A stretch of 64,000 nt of DNA from Armatimonadota bacterium (GTDB lineage: Bacteria > Armatimonadota > SYMT01). The stretch is taken from the NCBI GenBank assembly GCA_046292385.1, contig JBKBRF010000008.1, positions 32,001 through 96,000 on the forward strand, in the 5' to 3' direction. Below the pieces are notes generated by a model. The model worked only from the letters and a program-made list of their open reading frames with translations. It ran no database searches and was not told the DNA's origin. The position numbers and the translations under genes are program-made. This document shows positions 45,953 through 54,340 of the stretch, piece after piece (position 1 is the first letter of the stretch; each line of letters opens with the position of its first letter).

Positions 45953-46038
45953 TTCAGGTTTGCAGGTTAACAGGTTGCAGGTTGGAACCAGCTTTCGCAT
46001 CCCGGAACCTGGAACTTGAAAAACTGCAACCTGCTAAC
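45953..46038. repeat. Inverted (CAGGTTG)n/(CAACCTG)n heptamer arrays
   Basis: Degenerate heptamers in head-to-head orientation; also at 35200-35235 and 55834-55868. Confidence 0.75.
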
Positions 46039-46044
46039 AGCGAG

Positions 46045-47229
46045 TTAATGACCGGCCTGCGCGAGCAGCGGACCGCCGGGACGGCGGAGGGCGCGGGAGA
46101 GGCGCCGCCAGACTACGCCGCGGAGGAACGGCATCGGGTCGTCGATTGCCACGGCCGACTTCGCCTCGCAGGAGAGCGCCCAGGGCACCCACTGGTGGAC
46201 GGGAACGCCCCACCCGCGGGAGGCCATCGCGTCGTACCACAGGTAGCACCAGCGAGCGTCCGGCTTGCGGAGCGCCACCTCCGGGCGCGGCAGGCCAGCC
46301 AGGTCTGCGTAGACCACCGCCGGCAGGTTCACCCCGGCCACGGCGCCCAGGTGGTGCCACAGGTTGAAGCGGGGGTTCACCTCCAGCAGGTACAGGCTGC
46401 CGTCCGGGGCGCGCTTGAAGTCGAGCTTCGCCACGCCGCGGAAGCCCATCCGCCGCGCCAGCTCCCGCCCCAGCTCCGCCACGTCGGCGGCGCGGGTGAG
46501 GGAAAGCGCGGTGCTGTAGCCGCACTCCACCGGGTAGGTGCGGACCTTCTTCCCGGTAAACTCCGCCGCCACGAACCCCTCCGCGTCGACGTACGCGTGG
46601 TAGCTCTCGATGGCGGTCTCCGGACCGTCGATCCACTCCTGGACCAGCACCTCCAGCTCCGCTTCGGCCAGCCGAGCCCACAGCTCCCGGAGCGCCGCCG
46701 GGCTCTCCACGCGCAGCGCCTTGTTCGCGCCGGCGATCGGCATCCACGACTCGGTCTTCCGCGTGAGCGGCTTTACCACCAGCGGGTAGCGGAGCCCCTC
46801 CGCCGCGTCCGGGCCGGTCTGGTGCGGGGCGGCCCGGCGGGTCCGGGGCACCGGCAGCTCCAACCGCTCCGCCAGCACCTGGAACCGGGCCTTGTCGACC
46901 AGGTCCTCCGTCAGCTCCCGGTCCGGCACCACGAAGCGGAACGCGCCCGCGAGCCGGTCCCGGTAGCGGGAGGTCAGCAGCAGGCTCCGGTCTTCCTGGT
47001 AGAAGAGCACCGGCGGCGCCGGCTGCTTCGCGGCGAACTCCAGCAGGCGCGAGACGAGCGCCTCCGGCTCTTTCCACGGGTCGAGCCAGCCGATCCGCGC
47101 CTCGGTGAAGCGCGAGTAGCAGGTCGGGTCCCCCTCCTCCACCACCACGGCGCACCGGATCCCCGCCAGCCCGAGGGCGCGGACCAGGTCGATGTCTCCC
47201 ATCACACAGGCCAGCGGTCTGGCAGTCAT
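46045..47229 (-). CDS. ATP-grasp carboxylate-amine ligase (D-aspartate ligase-like)
   Basis: 'YPLVVKP', 'VQEWIDG', 'DFKR..DG..YLLEVNPR'. Confidence 0.85.
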   Translation of the reverse strand: MTARPLACVMGDIDLVRALGLAGIRCAVVVEEGDPTCYSRFTEARIGWLDPWKEPEALVSRLLEFAAKQPAPPVLFYQEDRSLLLTSRYRDRLAGAFRFVVPDRELTEDLVDKARFQVLAERLELPVPRTRRAAPHQTGPDAAEGLRYPLVVKPLTRKTESWMPIAGANKALRVESPAALRELWARLAEAELEVLVQEWIDGPETAIESYHAYVDAEGFVAAEFTGKKVRTYPVECGYSTALSLTRAADVAELGRELARRMGFRGVAKLDFKRAPDGSLYLLEVNPRFNLWHHLGAVAGVNLPAVVYADLAGLPRPEVALRKPDARWCYLWYDAMASRGWGVPVHQWVPWALSCEAKSAVAIDDPMPFLRGVVWRRLSRALRRPGGPLLAQAGH

Positions 47230-48425
47230 GGCATGCTCTCCCGTACGGCCGGGGCGCGGTGCCCGCGGAGTCGCTCCGCCACGCCGAGCGGCAGCAGCGC
47301 GGCCGGCTTGCTCTTTCGCGTGACCCAGAGCTGCAGCGCGGCGCGCGCGAAGGCGTAGCTCTTCAGCCGCCAGCGCGGCGCCACGAGCAGCACAAACGCC
47401 AGCATCCCGCTGAGCGTGGGCGGGTAGAGCGCCAGGTAGCGGATGGCGCGCGTGAACATCGTCCGCTCCGCCTTGTACACCTCGTCGCCGCTCATGAAGT
47501 CGTATTCCCGCCGGCCGCTCTCCCACGCGCGCTGGATGGAGAGGCAGTCGAGCACGCCCCCGGGCGAGAACTTGCGGTAGTCCTCGTCGTAGGCGCCCTG
47601 GTAGAGCCAGATCCGCTCCGGCGTGAGGAAGTTGATCTCGAAGGCGACCGGCTGGCCGTCCATCCGGGCGATCCAGAGCTCCATCTCCTCGCCGCCGCCG
47701 AGCGCCAGGAGCGCCCGACGCAGCAGCTCCTGCCCCTCGCCCGGCTGGAACCGCGCCACGCCTTCGCGTCCCTTCCACGAGCGCGCCTCGATCGCCGCCA
47801 CCTCCTCCACGCGCGCCGCCGCCTCCGCGCCGACGTAGCGCTCCACCGTGCCGCCCTCCTTCAGCCACTTGCGGCCGGCCTTCTGCATCCGCTTCAACCA
47901 GCCGGGGCCGCGGGCGCAGAGCGCGGTCCAGTCGGCGTCCATGGCGGTGTACGGAGCGGTAGTCCCCTCCACCCCCGCGGAGCGGAGGCCCTTCGGCGCG
48001 GGGACGCGCGTCAGCTCCGAGTAGCCGTCGCCAAGCTGCCGGAGCACCGCGAGGTCCCATTCCCCGCGGCGGCGCTGAAGCTCGTCCAGCAGCAGCCGCT
48101 CCGCCTCGGGGCAGTCCGCCGCAAAGAGGAAGCCGAGGTAGTCCGAGCGGCCGTCGCCGATGAATCTCAGCACGCGGAAGCCGAGCTGGCGCTCCCGGCG
48201 CAGCGGCGCCACGCCGACCAGCTCCCCGCCGCGCCGGGCGGTGAGCACGTACGGCTCGCAGCCGGCGCAGAGCTGCTCCCAGCAGATCTCGGTCCAGTCG
48301 AAGCTAAGGAATGGGTTGCGGGGAGCGCTCCGAGCGTAGAGCGCTCCCCATTCTTCACGCAGCGCCCGGAGCTCGCCGGGTGTGCGGAGACATTCGATGG
48401 TCGTTCCGGAGTTGTCCAGGGACAT
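47226..48425 (-). CDS. CelD/BcsL-like GNAT acetyltransferase
   Basis: 'NPFLS.DW', 'LVGVAPL', 'SDYLG', 'SPGGVL', 'DFMSGDEVYK'. Confidence 0.85.
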   Translation of the reverse strand: MSLDNSGTTIECLRTPGELRALREEWGALYARSAPRNPFLSFDWTEICWEQLCAGCEPYVLTARRGGELVGVAPLRRERQLGFRVLRFIGDGRSDYLGFLFAADCPEAERLLLDELQRRRGEWDLAVLRQLGDGYSELTRVPAPKGLRSAGVEGTTAPYTAMDADWTALCARGPGWLKRMQKAGRKWLKEGGTVERYVGAEAAARVEEVAAIEARSWKGREGVARFQPGEGQELLRRALLALGGGEEMELWIARMDGQPVAFEINFLTPERIWLYQGAYDEDYRKFSPGGVLDCLSIQRAWESGRREYDFMSGDEVYKAERTMFTRAIRYLALYPPTLSGMLAFVLLVAPRWRLKSYAFARAALQLWVTRKSKPAALLPLGVAERLRGHRAPAVRESMP

Positions 48426-48753
48426 GGCTTGCTTTTATTGGGAGGCCGGCCGCAGCCGGGCCTGTTGCTTGAGTCTCTAGCGCGGACTTTCAGGCGGCTC
48501 CATCGGGCGTCTGACGCCGGAGCCCGGGGCCCGTCGATCCTGCATCCGGCCGATACTACCCCGGCGTCTGGATCTCAAACCCTTCCCCGGGAACGGAGCG
48601 GGCGCTCTTGCCGGGAGCGGTTCCCTTGCGAGCGCCGGGAGGGCTTGCGGTTTAGGTGGGGGCGTGCCGGGTAGAAGGGAGTGGCCGGCCGGTTCGCGGC
48701 TGGGTTGCAATCCAGCGTGTGAAGGCGAGGATGACCTCATCTTGCAGGAAGCG

Positions 48754-49359
48754 GCATCTCTTCGAAGTTCCACCCCGTGCCCTCACCGGGGGGAGCGGCC
48801 CTCCCGCGTGTTTGGCCCTCCCTCAGCCCTTTCACGCTCCGGCTGCGCCTCCGCTAGCGGGCTGGTCCGGGCGTGCTCTTCGCCAGGCTGTGCTCCGCGT
48901 TCGCAGGCTGCGGTGTCTCCATCACGGCGACTCACGGGCCGCTCCCCCCGGCTCAAGCAACCACCCCTCGCCAGGGGTGGTCACAAGGGGAGCCCTCCGC
49001 CGCTGCCTTCGGCCGCGCCTCCGTGCTCCTTTGGACTGGCTGGCTGCGTCGTGACTGGCTCGGTAGTCCAGAACTCGGACGTCCAGAGGGGCAGCCGCAG
49101 GCTGGACCGGAGGACGGCACCTGTGACCACCCCTGGGCGCCAGGGGTGGTCGCTCGACGGCGGCCGGTTCAGCCCGTTAACCCGGGTTTTGGTGAGATGG
49201 GGGGCCGTGGCGCGGGAAGAGCTTCACGCGGCGCACTCCCGGAGCGGCCTGCTAGCGGAGGCGAAGCCGGAGCGTGAAAAGGCCGCGGAGGGCTCTCGCC
49301 GCGGGAGGGCTGAACCGACCGACTAGGGCGCGGGGTCGGTCCGGCGGTGCCGACGCCGC
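48754..49359 (+). repeat. Nested palindromic element, copy H (complete, with an extra inverted terminus at 49388-49420)
   Basis: All modules present; perfect 16-bp arm stem 48786-48801/48936-48951. Confidence 0.92.
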
Positions 49360-49474
49360 TCTGAGTTCAGAAATGCCCCGTGTCCGAGTGAGGGCACGGG
49401 GTGGAACCCCGGGGAGATGCCGTCACCGGGAAGTAATCCTACAGAAACGGTCAAGAGAAGAGACAAAGAACACG

Positions 49475-50692
49475 ATGCGCATCCTCCTCCTCACCAGCTA
49501 CTTCCCCCGCTCCACCGACCCGGTGCGCGGCATGTTCAACTACCAGCAGGCGCACGCGCTGGCGCGGCACTGCGAGGTGAAGGTGGTGGCGCCGGTGCAG
49601 TGGTTCCCGGTGCGACTCTGGCACGGGGCCGGGCCGGACTCCGCCCCGTACCGGGAGACCGTGGGCGAGCTGACCACGTGGCACCCGCGCTACTTCCTGC
49701 CGCCGCGGATTGGGCGGGACTTCTACTCGCTGCAGATGGCGGCGTGGGTGCTGCCGCGGTTGGCCCGCATCCGGCGGGAGTACCCGTTCGACGTCCTCCT
49801 CGCCACCTGGGCGTTCCCGGACGTGATCGTCGGCGCGCTGGCCGCGCGGTTGTGGAACGTGCCGCTGCTGGCGAAGGTCCACGGCAGCGACATCAACGTG
49901 CAGACCGACTTCCCCCTGCGGCGAAAGCAGATCCGCTGGGCGCTGGACCAGGCGCACCGGGTCCTCGCGGTGAGCGGCGCGCTGCGCGAGCGGCTGATCG
50001 GCCTCGGCGTGCCGGCGGAGCGGATCATGGTCCACCACAACGGGGTCGACCGCGAGCGCTTCCGCCCCGGTGACCGCGCGGAGGCCCGTCGTCATCTGAA
50101 GATCCCGGTCGAGGGGAAGGCGCTGGTCTACGTCGGCTACATGAATCCACCCAAGGCGGTGAACGTGCTGATCGACGCCCTGGGGGAGCTGCGCGCCTCC
50201 GGCCGGCTCGACTTCACCGCACACCTGGTCGGCTGCGGCCCGCTCAAGGAGGACCTGGAGGCGCAGGCCCGCTCCCTCGGGCTGGCGGAGTCGGTCGTCT
50301 TTCACGGTCGCCGGCCGCACGACGAGATCCCGCACTGGATGCGCGCCGCGGACGTCTTCTGCCTCCCGAGCATCCGGGAAGGCTGCCCGAACGTGGTGCT
50401 GGAAGCGCTCGCGAGCGGCTGCCCGCTCGTCTCTACGAGGGTCGGGAGCGTGCCGGATATGGTCGACCCTACCGCCGCCGTCCTCGTCCCGCCCGGCGAG
50501 TCCTCCCCCCTGGCGGAGGGGATCCGCACGGCGCTCGACCGGCAGTGGGATCCGGAGGCGCTGCGACGCAGCGTGAGCCACTACGACTGGGATACCAGCG
50601 CCCGCGCCCTCTACGAGGCGGCGTGCGAGGCGGTAGAGCTGCGGAGGGCGCCCCAGCCGGAGCGAGCGCTCGCGGCTAACTCGGAGGGGTAG
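49475..50692 (+). CDS. Glycosyltransferase family 4 (TuaC-like)
   Basis: 'HGSDIN', 'HNGVD', 'EGCPNVVLEALASG'. Confidence 0.92.
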   Translation: MRILLLTSYFPRSTDPVRGMFNYQQAHALARHCEVKVVAPVQWFPVRLWHGAGPDSAPYRETVGELTTWHPRYFLPPRIGRDFYSLQMAAWVLPRLARIRREYPFDVLLATWAFPDVIVGALAARLWNVPLLAKVHGSDINVQTDFPLRRKQIRWALDQAHRVLAVSGALRERLIGLGVPAERIMVHHNGVDRERFRPGDRAEARRHLKIPVEGKALVYVGYMNPPKAVNVLIDALGELRASGRLDFTAHLVGCGPLKEDLEAQARSLGLAESVVFHGRRPHDEIPHWMRAADVFCLPSIREGCPNVVLEALASGCPLVSTRVGSVPDMVDPTAAVLVPPGESSPLAEGIRTALDRQWDPEALRRSVSHYDWDTSARALYEAACEAVELRRAPQPERALAANSEG

Positions 50693-50697
50693 AGCTT

Positions 50698-50823
50698 CCG
50701 GGCGGTTGAAACCGCGGCAACCACGGCACGAAGTCCCCCTCCGGGGACTCGGGACAGCCTGGTTCGGGCGTCCGGAGGACGCTTGGCCGCAGGCCGCACA
50801 GCGAGGTATTCTAATGCCTCGCG
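50698..50823. repeat. REP-like doublet (two double-hairpin units)
   Basis: Left unit matches 14768-14820 (reverse complement); right unit matches 1291-1347. Confidence 0.82.
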
Positions 50824-51079
50824 GCCCGGCGCGCGGCTATCCGGCCGCTTCCGCTGCGGCTACCGCCGGGCGAGCTGATCCAGCTTCTGCTCCACCACGC
50901 CGATACCGCAGAGCAGAAGCCCGGAGACCCGGCGTTCCCCCGATGAGCCCCCCTTCTCGCTCCATTGGTACTTCCCGTATGGCACCAGCCGGTCCGTATC
51001 GAACCAACCGGTATGCGTTCCTCCGCTGCTCACGGGTGAGCGCGACGGTACGAGGGCGGGAAGCGCGGCGGGTGGACCG

Positions 51080-51790
51080 ATGCTAGAGATCAGGCACAAG
51101 CGTTCCGGAAAGCTCCTCTACCGCAGTGACGACTGGAGAGTCGACGCCCGCGGGCGGGAGCTCATCGGCGCTCACCTGTCCGGATGGAGCCTGCGGGAGG
51201 CGCGACTCCGTGGCGTCGATCTCCGCGGCAGCAGCCTGGACGGTGCGGACCTGAGCGGTGCCGATCTGCGCGGTGCCCGTTTTCGCGGAGCCTCCTTTCG
51301 GGATGCCGTTGCCATCCCCGCGGGTGCGCTGGCCGCACTACTCCTGGCGTTTGCCGGGACCACTCCGTCGATCTGGCGGAACTGGTGGCTCAACCCGAGT
51401 CTCTACTTCGGGGTGATGGTGGCCGGCGCACTGGTCGTTTCACTCCGCTCGGACCGGGCGCTCTTTGAAGACGCCACCCTGGACGGCGCACAACTGGACG
51501 GTGCCCACTACGACCGAGAGACCACCTGGCCGCGCGGCTTCGATCCCCAGGCTCATGGCGCCGTGCGGGTCCAGCCCGCCGCGGCCGCGAGCCGGGGGCC
51601 GTTCTCGATCCTGAAGCGGATCGACCTTTCGCTGGTCGTCGCGGCGCTCCTCGCCTGCTCCGCGGTCGGGTTCATCGTCGTCGGCTTCGAAGACGGGAAT
51701 TGGCTGCGCCTTTCGGCAGGCATCTCCAACACGTTCATGGCGGGGTGGCTCCTCTGGTCCCGCCGTCGAGTTGCCGGGGAGGCGGAGTGA
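51080..51790 (+). CDS. Pentapeptide-repeat protein with TM segments
   Basis: A(D/N)LxG repeats, 'YDRETTWP.GFDP', four hydrophobic helices. Confidence 0.78.
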   Translation: MLEIRHKRSGKLLYRSDDWRVDARGRELIGAHLSGWSLREARLRGVDLRGSSLDGADLSGADLRGARFRGASFRDAVAIPAGALAALLLAFAGTTPSIWRNWWLNPSLYFGVMVAGALVVSLRSDRALFEDATLDGAQLDGAHYDRETTWPRGFDPQAHGAVRVQPAAAASRGPFSILKRIDLSLVVAALLACSAVGFIVVGFEDGNWLRLSAGISNTFMAGWLLWSRRRVAGEAE

Positions 51791-51964
51791 CCGCGGCGGA
51801 AGTCGAGGAGCTCGAGGGGCGCTGTCTGGAGCGAGCGCGGGCGCAGCCTCTCATCGCCGCGACAGGCTACCTGCCGGTGCTGGATGCAGGAGGCGTTCCG
51901 CAGCGTGGTCGCGGAGACAGGCGCGTAGCCGCCGAGGTTTCGGAGCTACCGGAGCAATCAGAGC

Positions 51965-52543
51965 ATGCTAACGCGAACGCACTTGTCGCTCGTCCTCGTG
52001 GCGCTGCTCACCTTCTCCGGCAGTCTTCTCATCATCGGGGGAGTTCACGGTGGTGGATGGCTCCGGCTCTCGACCGGGGTCTGCAACGTGATCGTGGCCG
52101 GCGTGATCCTCCGGGGCCTGCTCCGGCCGGCTGGACCCGGGCCCGAACCAGTATGGCACGGGCAATCGGATCCGAGTGTGACGCCGCCGGACGGCGCCTT
52201 CGGAGTGAGCCCTCCGCAAGAGCGGCAGCGGACGTTGCGCTGGCTGCGGAGCCTTACTGACAAGGGATTCGCCGAGCTCTTCTACGAAGCGGTGAAAGAT
52301 CGTAAAACGGACGGTGGCTACGGACACTTCGTCCTGGCCGAGGCAGCGAGACGTGACCTCATAGAAGGTCCCTGGGACGTTGACTTCATCGGGCTCCATG
52401 ATCGAGAGCACTACGGCGGCGAGTGGGACGACGATGCCCCAATCTGCCAATCCGGAACCTGCCGCGAGTGTGGAGTTGACGTGCGAAGCTGGGCTAAGGA
52501 AGCAGTGTGTCCAGTCTGCGGCTCCAAGGTGTACGGAACCTAG
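51965..52543 (+). CDS. Hypothetical protein: N-terminal TM hairpin and C-terminal zinc ribbon
   Basis: Two TM helices; 'CRECG' and 'CPVCG'. Confidence 0.55.
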   Translation: MLTRTHLSLVLVALLTFSGSLLIIGGVHGGGWLRLSTGVCNVIVAGVILRGLLRPAGPGPEPVWHGQSDPSVTPPDGAFGVSPPQERQRTLRWLRSLTDKGFAELFYEAVKDRKTDGGYGHFVLAEAARRDLIEGPWDVDFIGLHDREHYGGEWDDDAPICQSGTCRECGVDVRSWAKEAVCPVCGSKVYGT

Positions 52544-52557
52544 AGCCGTCGGGAACG

Positions 52558-52599
52558 CTTCGGCGGGTGCCTGCGGTGGATGAAAGGCACCCGCCGAAG
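52558..52599. terminator. 15-bp perfect stem-loop between convergent genes
   Basis: CTTCGGCGGGTGCCT / AGGCACCCGCCGAAG; no U-tract, so possibly REP-like instead. Confidence 0.5.
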
Positions 52600-52611
52600 T
52601 ATCTCCTACTC

Positions 52612-53022
52612 CTATCGCACCACCAGGACGGAGCACTCCAGGCGGTCGACGACCGACTTGGCGGTGCTGCCGAGGAAGAACTCCTCCAGCGCGCCGACGC
52701 CGCGGTGTCCGACGACCACCAGGTCGTAGCTCCCTTCCTTGGCGGCGAGGACGATCGCGTCGTCGGGCGCTTCGACGGAGACCTGCGCGTCGGCGGTGAC
52801 GCCGCTCTCGCGGGCGCGAGCCGCTCCGGATTCGGCGCAGCGGCGGCCGAGGTCCTCGTCGGCGGACATGGTGACCACGCCGTCCTCGCGGACCAGGCGG
52901 TCGGAAGCGGCGGTGAGCACGGTGAGGGAGGCGCCGCACGCCTTCGCCAGCTCGATCGCCCGGTCGAGGGCATGGGTGGCGGCTTCGGAGCCATCATAGC
53001 CGACGAGAATGCGCTGGATCAT
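52612..53022 (-). CDS. Universal stress protein
   Basis: 'ILVGYDGSE', 'DLVVVGHRG', 'FLGSTA', 'CSVLVVR'. Confidence 0.93.
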   Translation of the reverse strand: MIQRILVGYDGSEAATHALDRAIELAKACGASLTVLTAASDRLVREDGVVTMSADEDLGRRCAESGAARARESGVTADAQVSVEAPDDAIVLAAKEGSYDLVVVGHRGVGALEEFFLGSTAKSVVDRLECSVLVVR

Positions 53023-53912
53023 CGTTTCCGTCCTGCCGCGGGGTAGATCAGGTAGACCTGCCGGCCCGTTTCCGCGGCGAGTAGATGCCCGGTGCCGGTA
53101 GTCACGTAGAGCGTAGAAAGGGTCGGACCGCCCCAGGTGCAGTTGGTGGGACGGTCGTACGGTACCGGGTGCGTGGCGAGCACCCGGCCCGTGGGGCTGA
53201 AGACGTAGATCATCGGGCCGGGGCCGCTCTCGGCCCAGCCGGCGGTCGCCACGATGTTGCCCTCCGCGTCCAGGCACATCCCGTCGATGCCGCGGTGCGG
53301 ATAGAAGTTGTGGAGCACGCCGTGCTCTCCCAGGGAGCCGTCGTCGTGGATCGGGTAGGCGCGCAGCTCCCGCTTGCGATCGGCGCCGTACTCGCTCTGC
53401 GCCACGTAGAGCGTCCGTCCGTCCGGAGAGACCAGCAGTCCGTTCGGCCGGGTGGTGTCCCAGGTGACCCGGTGCAGGCTCCAGCCGCCGTCCGGCTGCG
53501 GGTCGGCGCGGTAGACCGACTCGTGATCCAGCTCCATGTCCTCGCGGAAGTCGCCGTAGCGAGGATCGGTGAACCAGAGGCGGCCCTGCGGATCGAAGGC
53601 GAGGTCGTTCGGGCTGTTCAGCCGCCTGCCTTCGAACCGGTCGGCGATCACCGTCTCACCGTCCGCGTCGTAGCGTACCACGCGGCGCTCGCCGCCCCCG
53701 CCCTGGCAGCCGTAGAGGCGGCCGTCGGCGTCGAAGATCAGGCCGTTCCCCTCGAAGGTGCCCTCGCGGTAGACCGTCGTCTCGCCGGTCTTCGGGGAGT
53801 AGCGCATGATGCGGCTGGCGGGGATGTCGGCGAAGAGCACCGCCTCACCATCCCACGCCGGCCCCTCCGCGAAGCCGACCGGCCCCGCCACCGTCTCGAA
53901 GACCCAGTCCAT
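53019..53912 (-). CDS. SMP-30/gluconolactonase/LRE family protein
   Basis: 'EGPAW', 'LNSPND', 'PNGL..SPDG', 'DGM..D.EGN', 'TNC.WGG'. Confidence 0.92.
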   Translation of the reverse strand: MDWVFETVAGPVGFAEGPAWDGEAVLFADIPASRIMRYSPKTGETTVYREGTFEGNGLIFDADGRLYGCQGGGGERRVVRYDADGETVIADRFEGRRLNSPNDLAFDPQGRLWFTDPRYGDFREDMELDHESVYRADPQPDGGWSLHRVTWDTTRPNGLLVSPDGRTLYVAQSEYGADRKRELRAYPIHDDGSLGEHGVLHNFYPHRGIDGMCLDAEGNIVATAGWAESGPGPMIYVFSPTGRVLATHPVPYDRPTNCTWGGPTLSTLYVTTGTGHLLAAETGRQVYLIYPAAGRKR

Positions 53913-53936
53913 CCGTCTCGCCCTCTCTGCCCGGCG

Positions 53937-54287
53937 TCAGGCGCTGAGCTCGCTGAAGATCTGGTCGGTCTTCGCCGCGGAGATGAAGTCGTTCCGGTGC
54001 AGGCCGCGGATCTTGTGCGTCCACCAGCTCACCGTCACCCGCCCCCACTCGGTCAGGATCGCCGGATGGTGGCCTTCGTCCTCCGCGAACTCCCCTACCC
54101 GGTTCGTAAAGGCGAGTGCCTCGGCGAAGTTCTTGAACTTGAACTGTCGCTCCAGCCGCGGGATGCCGTCCTTTTCCAGCAGCTCCCACTCCGGAATCTG
54201 CGGCTTCAGCTCGGCGATCTCCGCCTCGGTCACTCTCGGGGCGTCGGCACGGCATGCAGTACACTTTTCGCTGGTCAGCTCTGCCAC
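53937..54287 (-). CDS. phhB: Pterin-4-alpha-carbinolamine dehydratase
   Basis: 'EGHHP', '[20 protein letters not shown]'; GTG start with AGGAG Shine-Dalgarno motif. Confidence 0.92.
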   Translation of the reverse strand: MAELTSEKCTACRADAPRVTEAEIAELKPQIPEWELLEKDGIPRLERQFKFKNFAEALAFTNRVGEFAEDEGHHPAILTEWGRVTVSWWTHKIRGLHRNDFISAAKTDQIFSELSA

Positions 54288-54340
54288 GTGAATCTCTCCT
54301 CCTGTGGGGGCTAGTGGGTCGAAGGGCCGGGGTCTTCGGT

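Noticed and set aside
3892..49420. CRISPR interpretation of conserved blocks with fixed-length variable spacers
   Set aside because: The blocks are inverted and dispersed rather than tandem direct repeats, and there are no cas genes in the window
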